From assembly GCF_005696695.1 (NCBI RefSeq), contig NZ_CP040006.1, positions 2,280,001-2,312,000 on the forward strand: DNA of 32,000 nt. Reading direction: 5' to 3'. The position numbers and the translations under genes were made by a program. The stretch comes from Schaalia odontolytica (lineage in GTDB: Bacteria > Actinomycetota > Actinomycetes > Actinomycetales > Actinomycetaceae). Positions within the stretch are counted from its first letter, which is position 1; the number at the start of each line of letters is the position of its first letter. Shown here piece by piece: positions 8,131-15,887 of the stretch. The notes beneath the pieces were generated by a model that saw only the letters and a list, made by a program, of their open reading frames with translations, was not told where the DNA came from and did no database searches.

Positions 8131-10044
8131 TCACGGCATCCACATACCCGAGGCGTCGAAGGTGTACATACGGCCGTTGATCATCTGCGTGCCGGTCACC
8201 ATTGCTCCCGAGGGAGACAGGTAGTACCAGGCGCCACCCAGGTTGAGCCAGCCGGTGGCCATCGCGCCCGAGCCGTGCAGGTAGTACCAGGTTCCGTCGA
8301 CCATGACCCAGCCGGTACGCATGGCGCCATCCGAGCCCAGGTAGTACCAGGAGCCGCCGATCATCTGCCAACCGCTGAGCATCGCGCCCGAGCCATGCAG
8401 GTAGAACCACGTGCCGCCCAGGTTGATCCAGCCGGTGGCCATCGCACCGGAGCCGTGCAGGTAGTACCAGGTGCCGTCGACCATGACCCAGCCGGTACGC
8501 ATCAGGCCGTTGTCACCCAGGTAGTACCAGCTACCGCGGACCATCTGCCAGCCGGTGAGCTGAGCACCAGAGGCGTCGTGGTAGTACCAGGCTCCGCCGT
8601 CCATGACCCAGCCGGTGCGCATGTAGCCGCGTCCATCGAAGCGGTACGTGCGTCCGTCGACCATCATCGAGGTGTTCGTCGGGTAGGTGCCGTCAGCGTT
8701 GCGGTACCACCAGCCGACCGAGTCCATCATCCAGGTGCCCGTCGGGGCGGGAGCGGGTTGCGGATCGGGTGCAGGCTGGGGGTCGGGTGCGGGCTGGGGG
8801 TCGGGCTGAGGCTGAGGATCCGGCGCAGGCTGCGGGTTGGGTGCAGGCTGAGGATCCGGCTGAGGCTGGGGATCCGGAGCAGGCTGCGGGTCGGGAGCAG
8901 GCTGCGGATCCGGAGCGGGCTGGGGATCCGGCTGGGGCTGCGGATCCGGAGCAGGCTGGGGATCAGGCGCAGGCTGGGGATCCGGAGCAGGCTCGGGCTG
9001 CGGAGCAGGCTCAACCCACGGAGCAGGTGCCTTCACGTCCTGCTTCACAGCCTTCACAACGGCGATTGTCGTCGTCGTTGCCGCGGTTCCATCGGGCAGG
9101 GTGGCGGTCAGGTTCACCTGATCCCAATCAACAACGTTGCCGCCGGTGATCATCGCACTCTTGCCATCCTCGGCCACCTTCAGGATGACCGCGCCACCGT
9201 ACTCCAGGCTCCAGGACAGGGTGGCATCCTTAAACTTCTCGGGAAGCAACGGCTTGAGGGTAACAGTCTCACCCTCCTCGATGTCCACGCGGAGGTGATT
9301 GAGCACAATCTCGTCCTTGCCCAGCTCGCTGACGCAGACCTGGACACTGGCCATCACTGGGTCGAAGACCTTCGGATCCATGTAGTCGGCGACAGCCCTA
9401 ACATCCGAGCAGCCTTCCTTCTGGGCAGTCACGAGGCCTGACTTCTCATCGACATTGAGGACGTCAATGTCGTCGCCGGACCAATTGACCTTCGTCATGT
9501 TGGCATTTTCCGGCATGTGCGTGACGCCAATGTTCGTCTGCTGGCCAACGTACAGATCGAGTTTTCCTGACTCGATACCAAAGTCGAGAGAAGTCATCGC
9601 GACCGGTTCGATGGCGACATCGGCACGCTTGGACGGCATGCCGTCGCTGCCCCATGCGACGAGCTTGACGGTCGCGGGCAGGGCATCGGTGTGGCCGGCC
9701 TTGGCCCAGGCGGCCTGGATATCGGAGAACTTGATGGTGAACGTGTAGTGATGCTTCCCGTCAGCGGTGACGTTGCCGGGGAAGTCGACGACGCGGCGAT
9801 AGAAGATCGCGTCGGAGACCGGATCGCGCAAGTCGATGCTGGACAGGCCGGGATTGTCGACGACGGAGAAGGTGACCTGACCGCCAATACCTTCACTGGT
9901 GGTGGCGAGGTCGGAGATCATCGGACCATCCGCGTCGGGCGCGGGGGTTGCTGCCAGGGCGGGAGCGCCGAAGGCGACGCCGGACGCTGCCATCGCGCCG
10001 GTCGCCAGGGCCGCTATCCACGCCCTGTGAAATATGTATGACAT
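8131..10044 (-). CDS. Secreted surface protein: protease-derived N-terminal module, Big_2-like Ig domains, PAPDPQ proline-rich linker, nine cell-wall-binding repeats
   Basis: The ORF runs to 10050 (GTG), but ATG 10044 has GGAG 5 nt upstream. Signal peptide ...AASGVAFGAPALAATP. Big_2-like segment SLDFGIESGKLDLYVGQQTNIGV...VLNVDEKSGLVTAQKEGCSDV. C-terminal GW..WYYL repeats. No catalytic motifs seen. Confidence 0.8.
   Translation of the reverse strand: MSYIFHRAWIAALATGAMAASGVAFGAPALAATPAPDADGPMISDLATTSEGIGGQVTFSVVDNPGLSSIDLRDPVSDAIFYRRVVDFPGNVTADGKHHYTFTIKFSDIQAAWAKAGHTDALPATVKLVAWGSDGMPSKRADVAIEPVAMTSLDFGIESGKLDLYVGQQTNIGVTHMPENANMTKVNWSGDDIDVLNVDEKSGLVTAQKEGCSDVRAVADYMDPKVFDPVMASVQVCVSELGKDEIVLNHLRVDIEEGETVTLKPLLPEKFKDATLSWSLEYGGAVILKVAEDGKSAMITGGNVVDWDQVNLTATLPDGTAATTTTIAVVKAVKQDVKAPAPWVEPAPQPEPAPDPQPAPDPQPAPDPQPQPDPQPAPDPQPAPDPQPAPDPQPQPDPQPAPNPQPAPDPQPQPDPQPAPDPQPAPDPQPAPAPTGTWMMDSVGWWYRNADGTYPTNTSMMVDGRTYRFDGRGYMRTGWVMDGGAWYYHDASGAQLTGWQMVRGSWYYLGDNGLMRTGWVMVDGTWYYLHGSGAMATGWINLGGTWFYLHGSGAMLSGWQMIGGSWYYLGSDGAMRTGWVMVDGTWYYLHGSGAMATGWLNLGGAWYYLSPSGAMVTGTQMINGRMYTFDASGMWMP
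8743..9030 (-). repeat. In-frame 18-bp tandem repeat encoding (P-A/Q-P-D/N-P-Q)n linker
   Basis: About 13 consecutive hexapeptide units (PAPDPQ / PQPDPQ / PAPNPQ), visible in the DNA as reiterated gctggggatccggagcag-type units. Confidence 0.9.
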
Positions 10045-10416
10045 GCTCACTCCAATGTTGATTCAGGCGAGCTATACCGCGCGGTTAGGTTATCTGCTCG
10101 CAATTCGCACGATACTGCGAAACCAGATACCTAGCAATGCTTTACTGACTTACCATTCAGTAGCTACAAGGCATTGCGAGGGGAAATGAGGGGAACCTTC
10201 TCCCTCTTGTCAGCAGGATTTCAACACATTCACTGACCAATGAACATACGTTCCGTGACAAAAGCACACATGTTCACCGATAACCCTCTTAAAAGACTGA
10301 AATTCTGGATGATACAGAATTCATTTGACACGGTAAATACCATAGCAAACTAACACAAACTGATACATGGCAGGCCCACAACCTCGACAAACATGCCACG
10401 GTACGCCGCGGGCGCC

Positions 10417-12147
10417 CTACTGCCGGTCAGACAGCTCCAGGTTCGCCCGCACGACGATGCCGATACGCTCCACCATCTCCTCGTCGACCCACTCACCATC
10501 CAGGGCGGCCAAGCGCGGGTGAGTCGGGGCCTCGTCGAAGAGGAGATCGAAGCCGAGGATCGCCCGCCACAGGGGGATCAGCTCCTCGTTGTAGGTGTGG
10601 CCGTGGCCGCCGGGAGCGGTCCCCGCGACGGGCAGGTCGGCGAGCACCTGAATGAAGGTGACGAAGCGCGTGAACTCAACGAAGGGAGACACGTCGCGGC
10701 CCGCGCGCTCACGCAGCCAATCGGGCTGCATCCAGAGCATCTTCCGATTCCACCACACGACCGGATCGGAGGCGTGCTGGGCGTAGACGAAGCGCGGGAA
10801 GCCCCACGGCCCCAGCTCGCGCCCGTACAGGTCGGTGCGCAGGTCGGATGGCTCGTTCACGAAGCGCACGCGCCGACCGTTGTAGACGACGGGGGCGACC
10901 TCGGGGCTTCCCTTGTGGCGGGCTGCCGTCAGCTCGGCGTGCATCGGCGTGAAGGCGGGGGTCCCCACCCACAGGGCCCCATCCACTTGGGAGAGCGCCT
11001 CCTCAACCGAGGAGAAAACCGACTGCGAGGCGAAAGCCCCCAGGGATTCACCGCAGACGAAGAGCGCGGGTCGGTCGGCCTCGTCCATAGTGTCGAGCTC
11101 GGCCCGCACCGCGCGGAAGAGCGCTGCCGAGGCCTCCTGCGCCGGCTCGAGGCCGGTCAGCCAGTTGAGGGCCGACGGCACGTAGGAGTACTGGAGCGAG
11201 GCGGTGGCACAGTTGCCGCGGGTCAGGAACTCGAGGGGCTGGACCTGCCACTCGTCAACCCAGCCGGAGCCGGTCGACGCGGCGATGAGAATGACGGCGC
11301 GATCGAAGGCTCCCGTGCGGCGCAGCTCGGCGACCACAGTCGCCGCGGCCTGCTCGATGCCCGCCCCACCCGTAGGCATACCGGAGTAGACGCGGATCGG
11401 CTCCATGGCCTCGCCGCCGGTGACCTGGGCGATGTCGAGGCGCGAGGGGCCGCGCCCCAGGAAGACGCGCCCCTGACCACCGACGGATTCCCAGGTGACG
11501 GGCGAGGCCGGGGAGGCGGAGCGCTCGGGCACGAACGGCTTGTAGATACCGCGCGCGGTGCGCGTGTTCATCTGCTCAGCATGGTGGCGGAAGAAGCCGA
11601 TTCCGCCGCGCAGGATCACGTTGGACGTCAGGAAGAAGACGATGGCGACCAGAATCGCGACGCCCACGACGATCGCCGCCGGGCGCGGCATGTAGCCGCC
11701 GAGCACCCCGATCAGCATGCGTCCCACGCGGTTCAACGCCCCGACGATCAGGATGAGACACCAGGCAATCACGACCGTGCCGGCCGTACCCAGGAGGTAC
11801 TCGCCGAAGGTCTCCCCCGGCATGTTGACAAGCCTGGCGGCGACGCGGGCCCGTCGGTAGGACTGGATGACCGCGTAGAGCCACCAGATCGCGAAGAGGG
11901 CGGCGATGCAGACGCGGAAGCCGATCTCGACGGGCTCGGATGCGCGGATCGTCAGACCGGTCATGGCTATGACGCGGGCACCCACGTTCTGGACGACGAC
12001 GCCGGCGACGTAACCGCAGGCCACGAGGACGCCCGAAGCGACCGCGTGCCACGCCCACGAGCGCGCCATCAGCGACGGCGCCACGCTCACCGCGTACATG
12101 GCGAGGGCAGCGATCACTCCCAGAAACGACACAGCCATGGCCCCCAT
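10417..12147 (-). CDS. Membrane-anchored alpha/beta hydrolase (Abhydrolase_9-like: N-terminal multi-TM domain plus C-terminal hydrolase)
   Basis: The ORF extends to 12408. I prefer ATG 12147 (MGAMAVSFLGVIAALAMY...), where the hydrophobic TM helices start and which leaves a divergent intergenic region. GESLG nucleophile-elbow motif (FVCGESLGAF). The family call is from memory. Confidence 0.7.
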   Translation of the reverse strand: MGAMAVSFLGVIAALAMYAVSVAPSLMARSWAWHAVASGVLVACGYVAGVVVQNVGARVIAMTGLTIRASEPVEIGFRVCIAALFAIWWLYAVIQSYRRARVAARLVNMPGETFGEYLLGTAGTVVIAWCLILIVGALNRVGRMLIGVLGGYMPRPAAIVVGVAILVAIVFFLTSNVILRGGIGFFRHHAEQMNTRTARGIYKPFVPERSASPASPVTWESVGGQGRVFLGRGPSRLDIAQVTGGEAMEPIRVYSGMPTGGAGIEQAAATVVAELRRTGAFDRAVILIAASTGSGWVDEWQVQPLEFLTRGNCATASLQYSYVPSALNWLTGLEPAQEASAALFRAVRAELDTMDEADRPALFVCGESLGAFASQSVFSSVEEALSQVDGALWVGTPAFTPMHAELTAARHKGSPEVAPVVYNGRRVRFVNEPSDLRTDLYGRELGPWGFPRFVYAQHASDPVVWWNRKMLWMQPDWLRERAGRDVSPFVEFTRFVTFIQVLADLPVAGTAPGGHGHTYNEELIPLWRAILGFDLLFDEAPTHPRLAALDGEWVDEEMVERIGIVVRANLELSDRQ

Positions 12148-12397
12148 TGTGCCAGGCGCGCCCGCCCCATTCGAGAGCGGCACGAGGCACGGACTCCCAC
12201 GCACACCGAGGGCTGACACGCGTCCCCTTCCTGCGCCTCGCCAGTCACGCTCATGCACCCCCACGAGCATTCGGTTTCGCTCACCGGCAACAATCGGATA
12301 CCGTGGGCACATCACCACCGACGTCGTCACCAACGAAGACGGTCCAGACAATGGCGCCACGGACCCCCGACGCGCCCCGCACAAGCCAGGAAGACCA

Positions 12398-12910
12398 ATG
12401 ACTGACAATCATGCCGAACATATGCGCGGACTCCTCAAGCTCCTCAACAAGCTGCCCCCCAGGCCGCAGATCACCTTCCGCGGCTACGTCGATCGCACGG
12501 TGGACCGCGTGCGGGTCGTCGGCTCGCCGGCGCTCACGTCGACGTCACACAGCCTCGAGACCGCGACGAACAACCTCGCGCGGCCGGAGGTCGCCATCGT
12601 CGTCGGCGCCAACGGGCGCGATCTCACCCCGATCTTTGCGCTGGATCCCGACTTCAACCTCCAGGAGGTCACCTACCTCCCGAACTCCTACTTCCTCCAG
12701 CACGTCGCCCACGAATACAACGGCGTGACCATCCAGGTCTACGAGGAAATCGTTCTGAACAGCGACTCCGCTGGATTCACGATCGCTCATCGGCTGCTGT
12801 CCTGGGATCCGGTCCTGGCCGTCCTCGACCCCGCCCTGCGTGCCGCGCGGGAACGCCCGCTCCCCATGCCCGAAGGAGCCTCGGAGAGGTTCCTGGAGCC
12901 CATCCACTGA
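12398..12910 (+). CDS. Hypothetical 170-aa cytoplasmic protein with R-S-E ADP-ribosyltransferase-like motifs
   Basis: ATG 12398 is preceded by AGGAAG 5 nt upstream. The longer ORF from 12098 is antisense to the hydrolase gene. Motifs in order: ITFRGY, LTSTSHS, NLQEVTYLPNSYF. No signal peptide. Confidence 0.6.
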   Translation: MTDNHAEHMRGLLKLLNKLPPRPQITFRGYVDRTVDRVRVVGSPALTSTSHSLETATNNLARPEVAIVVGANGRDLTPIFALDPDFNLQEVTYLPNSYFLQHVAHEYNGVTIQVYEEIVLNSDSAGFTIAHRLLSWDPVLAVLDPALRAARERPLPMPEGASERFLEPIH

Positions 12911-12938
12911 CGTTCCACGCGCGCGGCTCGCTCACCTG

Positions 12939-13712
12939 TCACAGGTGGGTGAGCCACACGAGCGTCGCGTACGGGATGGTGACCTGCTGCCCGGGCGCAT
13001 ACCCGAGGTGGTCGTAGAGGTACCAGCGCAGGTTTTCCTGCATGCGGGCCCGGCCCTCCTCGGAGGAACGAATGTACGAGGAGCGCGTCGTCCCCAGGGT
13101 GAGGATCTGCTCGGGGGTCATGCGGTCCTCCCAGGCGACCTGGGTGAGGGTCATCGGCGCGAAGCCTCCACCCGGCGTGGGCGGGTTGTCGGGGCGGTGC
13201 ACGTCGCCCGAGCGCATGATGCGCGTCAGGCGATGCACCCACGGGATCGACACGGCCATCTGGTTCCACACGATCGCGAGCGCGCCGCCGGGCCTGAGGA
13301 TCCGCGCAGCTTCGAGGCCCGCGCGCTCGGAATCCACCCAATGCCAGGACTGGGCAAACACGACGATGTCATACACGTCGTTCGGTAACCCCGTCTCCTC
13401 CGCGACGCCGCCGTGCCACGTCACGCCTTCGATCGACGAGGCCTGGGCGCGCATCGCCTCGGAGGGTTCGACCGCGTCGACGAGGAGGCCGCCGCGCGCC
13501 AGGAGCTCACTCATCTTGCCGGTGCCCGCGCCGATGTCGGCGGCGCGCAGCGGTCCACCCTGCCCCAACGCGTCAGCACCTCGCGCGCGCTGCGCCGCTT
13601 CGATCAACGCGGCCACAGCCTCGTCCGGGTAGGCGGGGCGCACGGAGTCGTAGGCGCCGCCCTCGCCGACGAAAGGATTGACCTCAAGCGAGGAGGACAA
13701 GATGTTCGACAA
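12939..13712 (-). CDS. Class I SAM-dependent methyltransferase (Methyltransf_11-like)
   Basis: SAM motif I ADIGAGTGKMSELL, followed by acidic LLVDAVEPS and DIVVFAQSWHW. The ORF start at 13835 would overlap cls. TTG 13712 has GGAAAG about 8 nt upstream and gives a normal N-terminus. Confidence 0.75.
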   Translation of the reverse strand: MSNILSSSLEVNPFVGEGGAYDSVRPAYPDEAVAALIEAAQRARGADALGQGGPLRAADIGAGTGKMSELLARGGLLVDAVEPSEAMRAQASSIEGVTWHGGVAEETGLPNDVYDIVVFAQSWHWVDSERAGLEAARILRPGGALAIVWNQMAVSIPWVHRLTRIMRSGDVHRPDNPPTPGGGFAPMTLTQVAWEDRMTPEQILTLGTTRSSYIRSSEEGRARMQENLRWYLYDHLGYAPGQQVTIPYATLVWLTHL

Positions 13713-13765
13713 AGTTTGCTCTTTCCTATCAGGAGAGTCTTTTATTCCCGGATCTTCGTGAGCGC

Positions 13766-15289
13766 TCACAGGAGCGAACTCCCCAGTCGACACACGTTGT
13801 CGATGTAATGGACGTGCCACGGCAGGCCTCGCCACTCCTCGTAGGTGAGCTCGCGAGACTTCTCGCGCGTGCGGTCGTCATTGCCGTGCAGCATCTCGAC
13901 CAGGCGCGAGCTGTCAGCGACGAGCACGATCTCGTAGTTGAGGCCGAAGGAACGCACGTCCATGTTGGACGAGCCGATGATGCACAGGCTCCCGTCGACG
14001 ATCATGTACTTCGAGTGGAGCATCCGCGGCTTGTGATACAGGTGGATGCGCACGCCCGCCTTCAGGAGCGGCCCGTAGTAGGAGCGCTGCGCGTGCCCGA
14101 CCAGGAACTGGTCGAACTGCTCGGAGACGAAGAGCTCGACCTCGACGCCCGACAGCGCGGCGTTCGTCAGCGCGGTGATCAGGGCCTCGTCGGGAATGAA
14201 ATACGGGCTCGTGATCGACACGTGCGTGCGCGCTGAGGAGATCATGTGGACGAACGCGCGCAGGTTCGGCTCGTCCTTGAACGCGGGGCCCGACGGGATG
14301 ATCTGCATCGCCGAGGCCTGCTCCTCCTCGCGCTCTGCCGCAACCTCCGCGGCGGGCGGGGTGAGGACCTCGGGCGTGAGGATCTCCTTGCACGCGTAGT
14401 ACCAGTCAACGGCGAAGACCGCCTGGATCTGAGCGACGATCGGGCCGGTGACGGACACGCTCGTGTCGTCGTAGAGCATGCCGGCCTTCGCGTACGAGGG
14501 GGTGTCGTAGTCGGGGGCCACGAGGTTGTGGGAGCCGACGTAGGCCTCGCGCCCGTCGATGACCAGAATCTTGCGGTGGTTGCGCAGGTCGGGGCGGCGG
14601 ATCTGCCCGCGAAGCGGCGCGAAGGGCAGCATTTCGTGCCACTCGATGCCCATGGCGTTCAGGCGGCGACGGAAGTCCTTGTGGCCCGGGATCGTGCGCA
14701 TGCCGTGGTGGTCGACGAGCAGGCGGACGGTGACGCCGCGGGCGACCGCGCGCTCAAGGGCCTCGTAGAAGGGGGCCGTGTACTCATCCCACGACGTCTG
14801 GTAGTACAGGGCGTTCACGTGGTGGGTGGCCGTATCGATGCTGGCGGCCATGGCGCGGAAGGTCTCAGCCGTGTCGTTGTAGAGGCGACCGACCTGTCCC
14901 ACCGAGGCCGGGAAGCCGCTGAGGGTCCCGGACAGTCGCATGATCGAGGCCGTGTCGTCGTCAGAGCCCGCGGGTAGGCCGTCGGGCCCGTCCGGCGCCT
15001 CGTAGTTCTCGGGATCGGGCGCGGTCGAGCCGGCCACGATGGCGTCGACCAGCTGGCGGGCCTCCGGGTCGTCGTCGAGCCTGCGGCCCATCGCCCACCA
15101 CGAGCCGAAGATGATGTACAGGGGCACGCCGAGGAGGGGCCACAGGAAGATCAGCAGCAGCCACGCGGTCGAGGTCGACGCGCGCCGATGCTTGGGCACG
15201 ACACCCAGCGCGACAACGCGGATCACGAAATCGATGGCCCCAAAGAGGAGCCACCCCCACAGCGGGGGTTCGGGAGGCGGCGGCAGCAT
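13766..15289 (-). CDS. cls: Cardiolipin synthase (PLD superfamily, two HKD motifs)
   Basis: Two N-terminal TM helices. HKD motifs HRKILVIDG and HSKYMIVDG, each followed by GSHN/GSSN. ATG 15289 lies 4 nt after the upstream stop. Confidence 0.9.
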   Translation of the reverse strand: MLPPPPEPPLWGWLLFGAIDFVIRVVALGVVPKHRRASTSTAWLLLIFLWPLLGVPLYIIFGSWWAMGRRLDDDPEARQLVDAIVAGSTAPDPENYEAPDGPDGLPAGSDDDTASIMRLSGTLSGFPASVGQVGRLYNDTAETFRAMAASIDTATHHVNALYYQTSWDEYTAPFYEALERAVARGVTVRLLVDHHGMRTIPGHKDFRRRLNAMGIEWHEMLPFAPLRGQIRRPDLRNHRKILVIDGREAYVGSHNLVAPDYDTPSYAKAGMLYDDTSVSVTGPIVAQIQAVFAVDWYYACKEILTPEVLTPPAAEVAAEREEEQASAMQIIPSGPAFKDEPNLRAFVHMISSARTHVSITSPYFIPDEALITALTNAALSGVEVELFVSEQFDQFLVGHAQRSYYGPLLKAGVRIHLYHKPRMLHSKYMIVDGSLCIIGSSNMDVRSFGLNYEIVLVADSSRLVEMLHGNDDRTREKSRELTYEEWRGLPWHVHYIDNVCRLGSSLL

Positions 15290-15293
15290 GCGC

Positions 15294-15887
15294 CTAGTCT
15301 ATCGAGCGCCCCAGATCTTGCTCGGCCCAGCGCCGCCAGTGTGGCGCGTAGGTCTGCCCGTCGCGCGCGATCGCCCTGCTGCGCCGTTCGTCCTCGCCGG
15401 GGTCGGCGATCCACACGCTGAGGTCGGCCTCGGCCTCGATGGCGCCGCAGCCCTCGATGATCGTCGGGGCGAGGGGGACGCTGATCGTCGCCCCCGTTGT
15501 TCCGTTCTCCCAGTCCCAGGCCTCGTAGGAGGAGGCACGTCCTCCCCGCAGGTCGGAGGCGATGCGCCGGGCGATCTGCGCCCCGGCCTCGAGGCCATCC
15601 CAGCCGGGGTACCAGTCGTCGAGGTGCAGCACCTGCCAGCCGTTCACAAGCCGAGCGAGCGCGGCGGCCAGCGTGGACTTGCCGGAGCCGGAGTAGCCGT
15701 CGATCGTGACGACCGGGACGCCGCGGCGCGTGCCCGCCTCACCAGACGAGGCCGGGGCCCGCACCCCCGCCAGGGCACTCAGGCGGGGGGCGAGCTCGCG
15801 GGCGGCCTCATCGGGGCCCATCGTGACGGGGACGGTGACCCGCAGGCCCACTCCCCCACTCACGTCTTCCCAGGTCAGGCCGCTCAT
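15294..15887 (-). CDS. P-loop NTPase, nucleoside/nucleotide-kinase-like
   Basis: Walker A VVTIDGYSGSGKSTLAAALA followed by LHLDDWYPGWDGL. ATG 15887 overlaps the upstream TGA (ATGA, 15884-15887). The longer ORF to 16355 is out of frame inside the EcfT region and is rejected. Confidence 0.75.
   Translation of the reverse strand: MSGLTWEDVSGGVGLRVTVPVTMGPDEAARELAPRLSALAGVRAPASSGEAGTRRGVPVVTIDGYSGSGKSTLAAALARLVNGWQVLHLDDWYPGWDGLEAGAQIARRIASDLRGGRASSYEAWDWENGTTGATISVPLAPTIIEGCGAIEAEADLSVWIADPGEDERRSRAIARDGQTYAPHWRRWAEQDLGRSID

Noticed and set aside
8743-9030. Possible CRISPR or satellite array (18-bp tandem units).
   Set aside because: The units are contiguous with no spacers, and they are in frame inside a long ORF, where they encode a PAPDPQ linker between recognisable domains.
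12148-12408. N-terminal extensions of the two divergent ORFs: the hydrolase to 12408 and the ART-like ORF back to 12098. As drawn, they overlap each other by ~300 nt.
   Set aside because: - The extensions are Arg/Pro-rich with no TM helices or motifs.
- Internal starts (ATG 12147, and ATG 12398 with AGGAAG) give sensible N-termini and a normal 250-bp divergent promoter region.
13713-13835. The methyltransferase ORF start at 13835.
   Set aside because: It would overlap the 3' end of cls by 70 nt. TTG 13712, with an upstream GGAAAG, gives the usual ~20-aa lead-in before the conserved YDSVRPAYP region.
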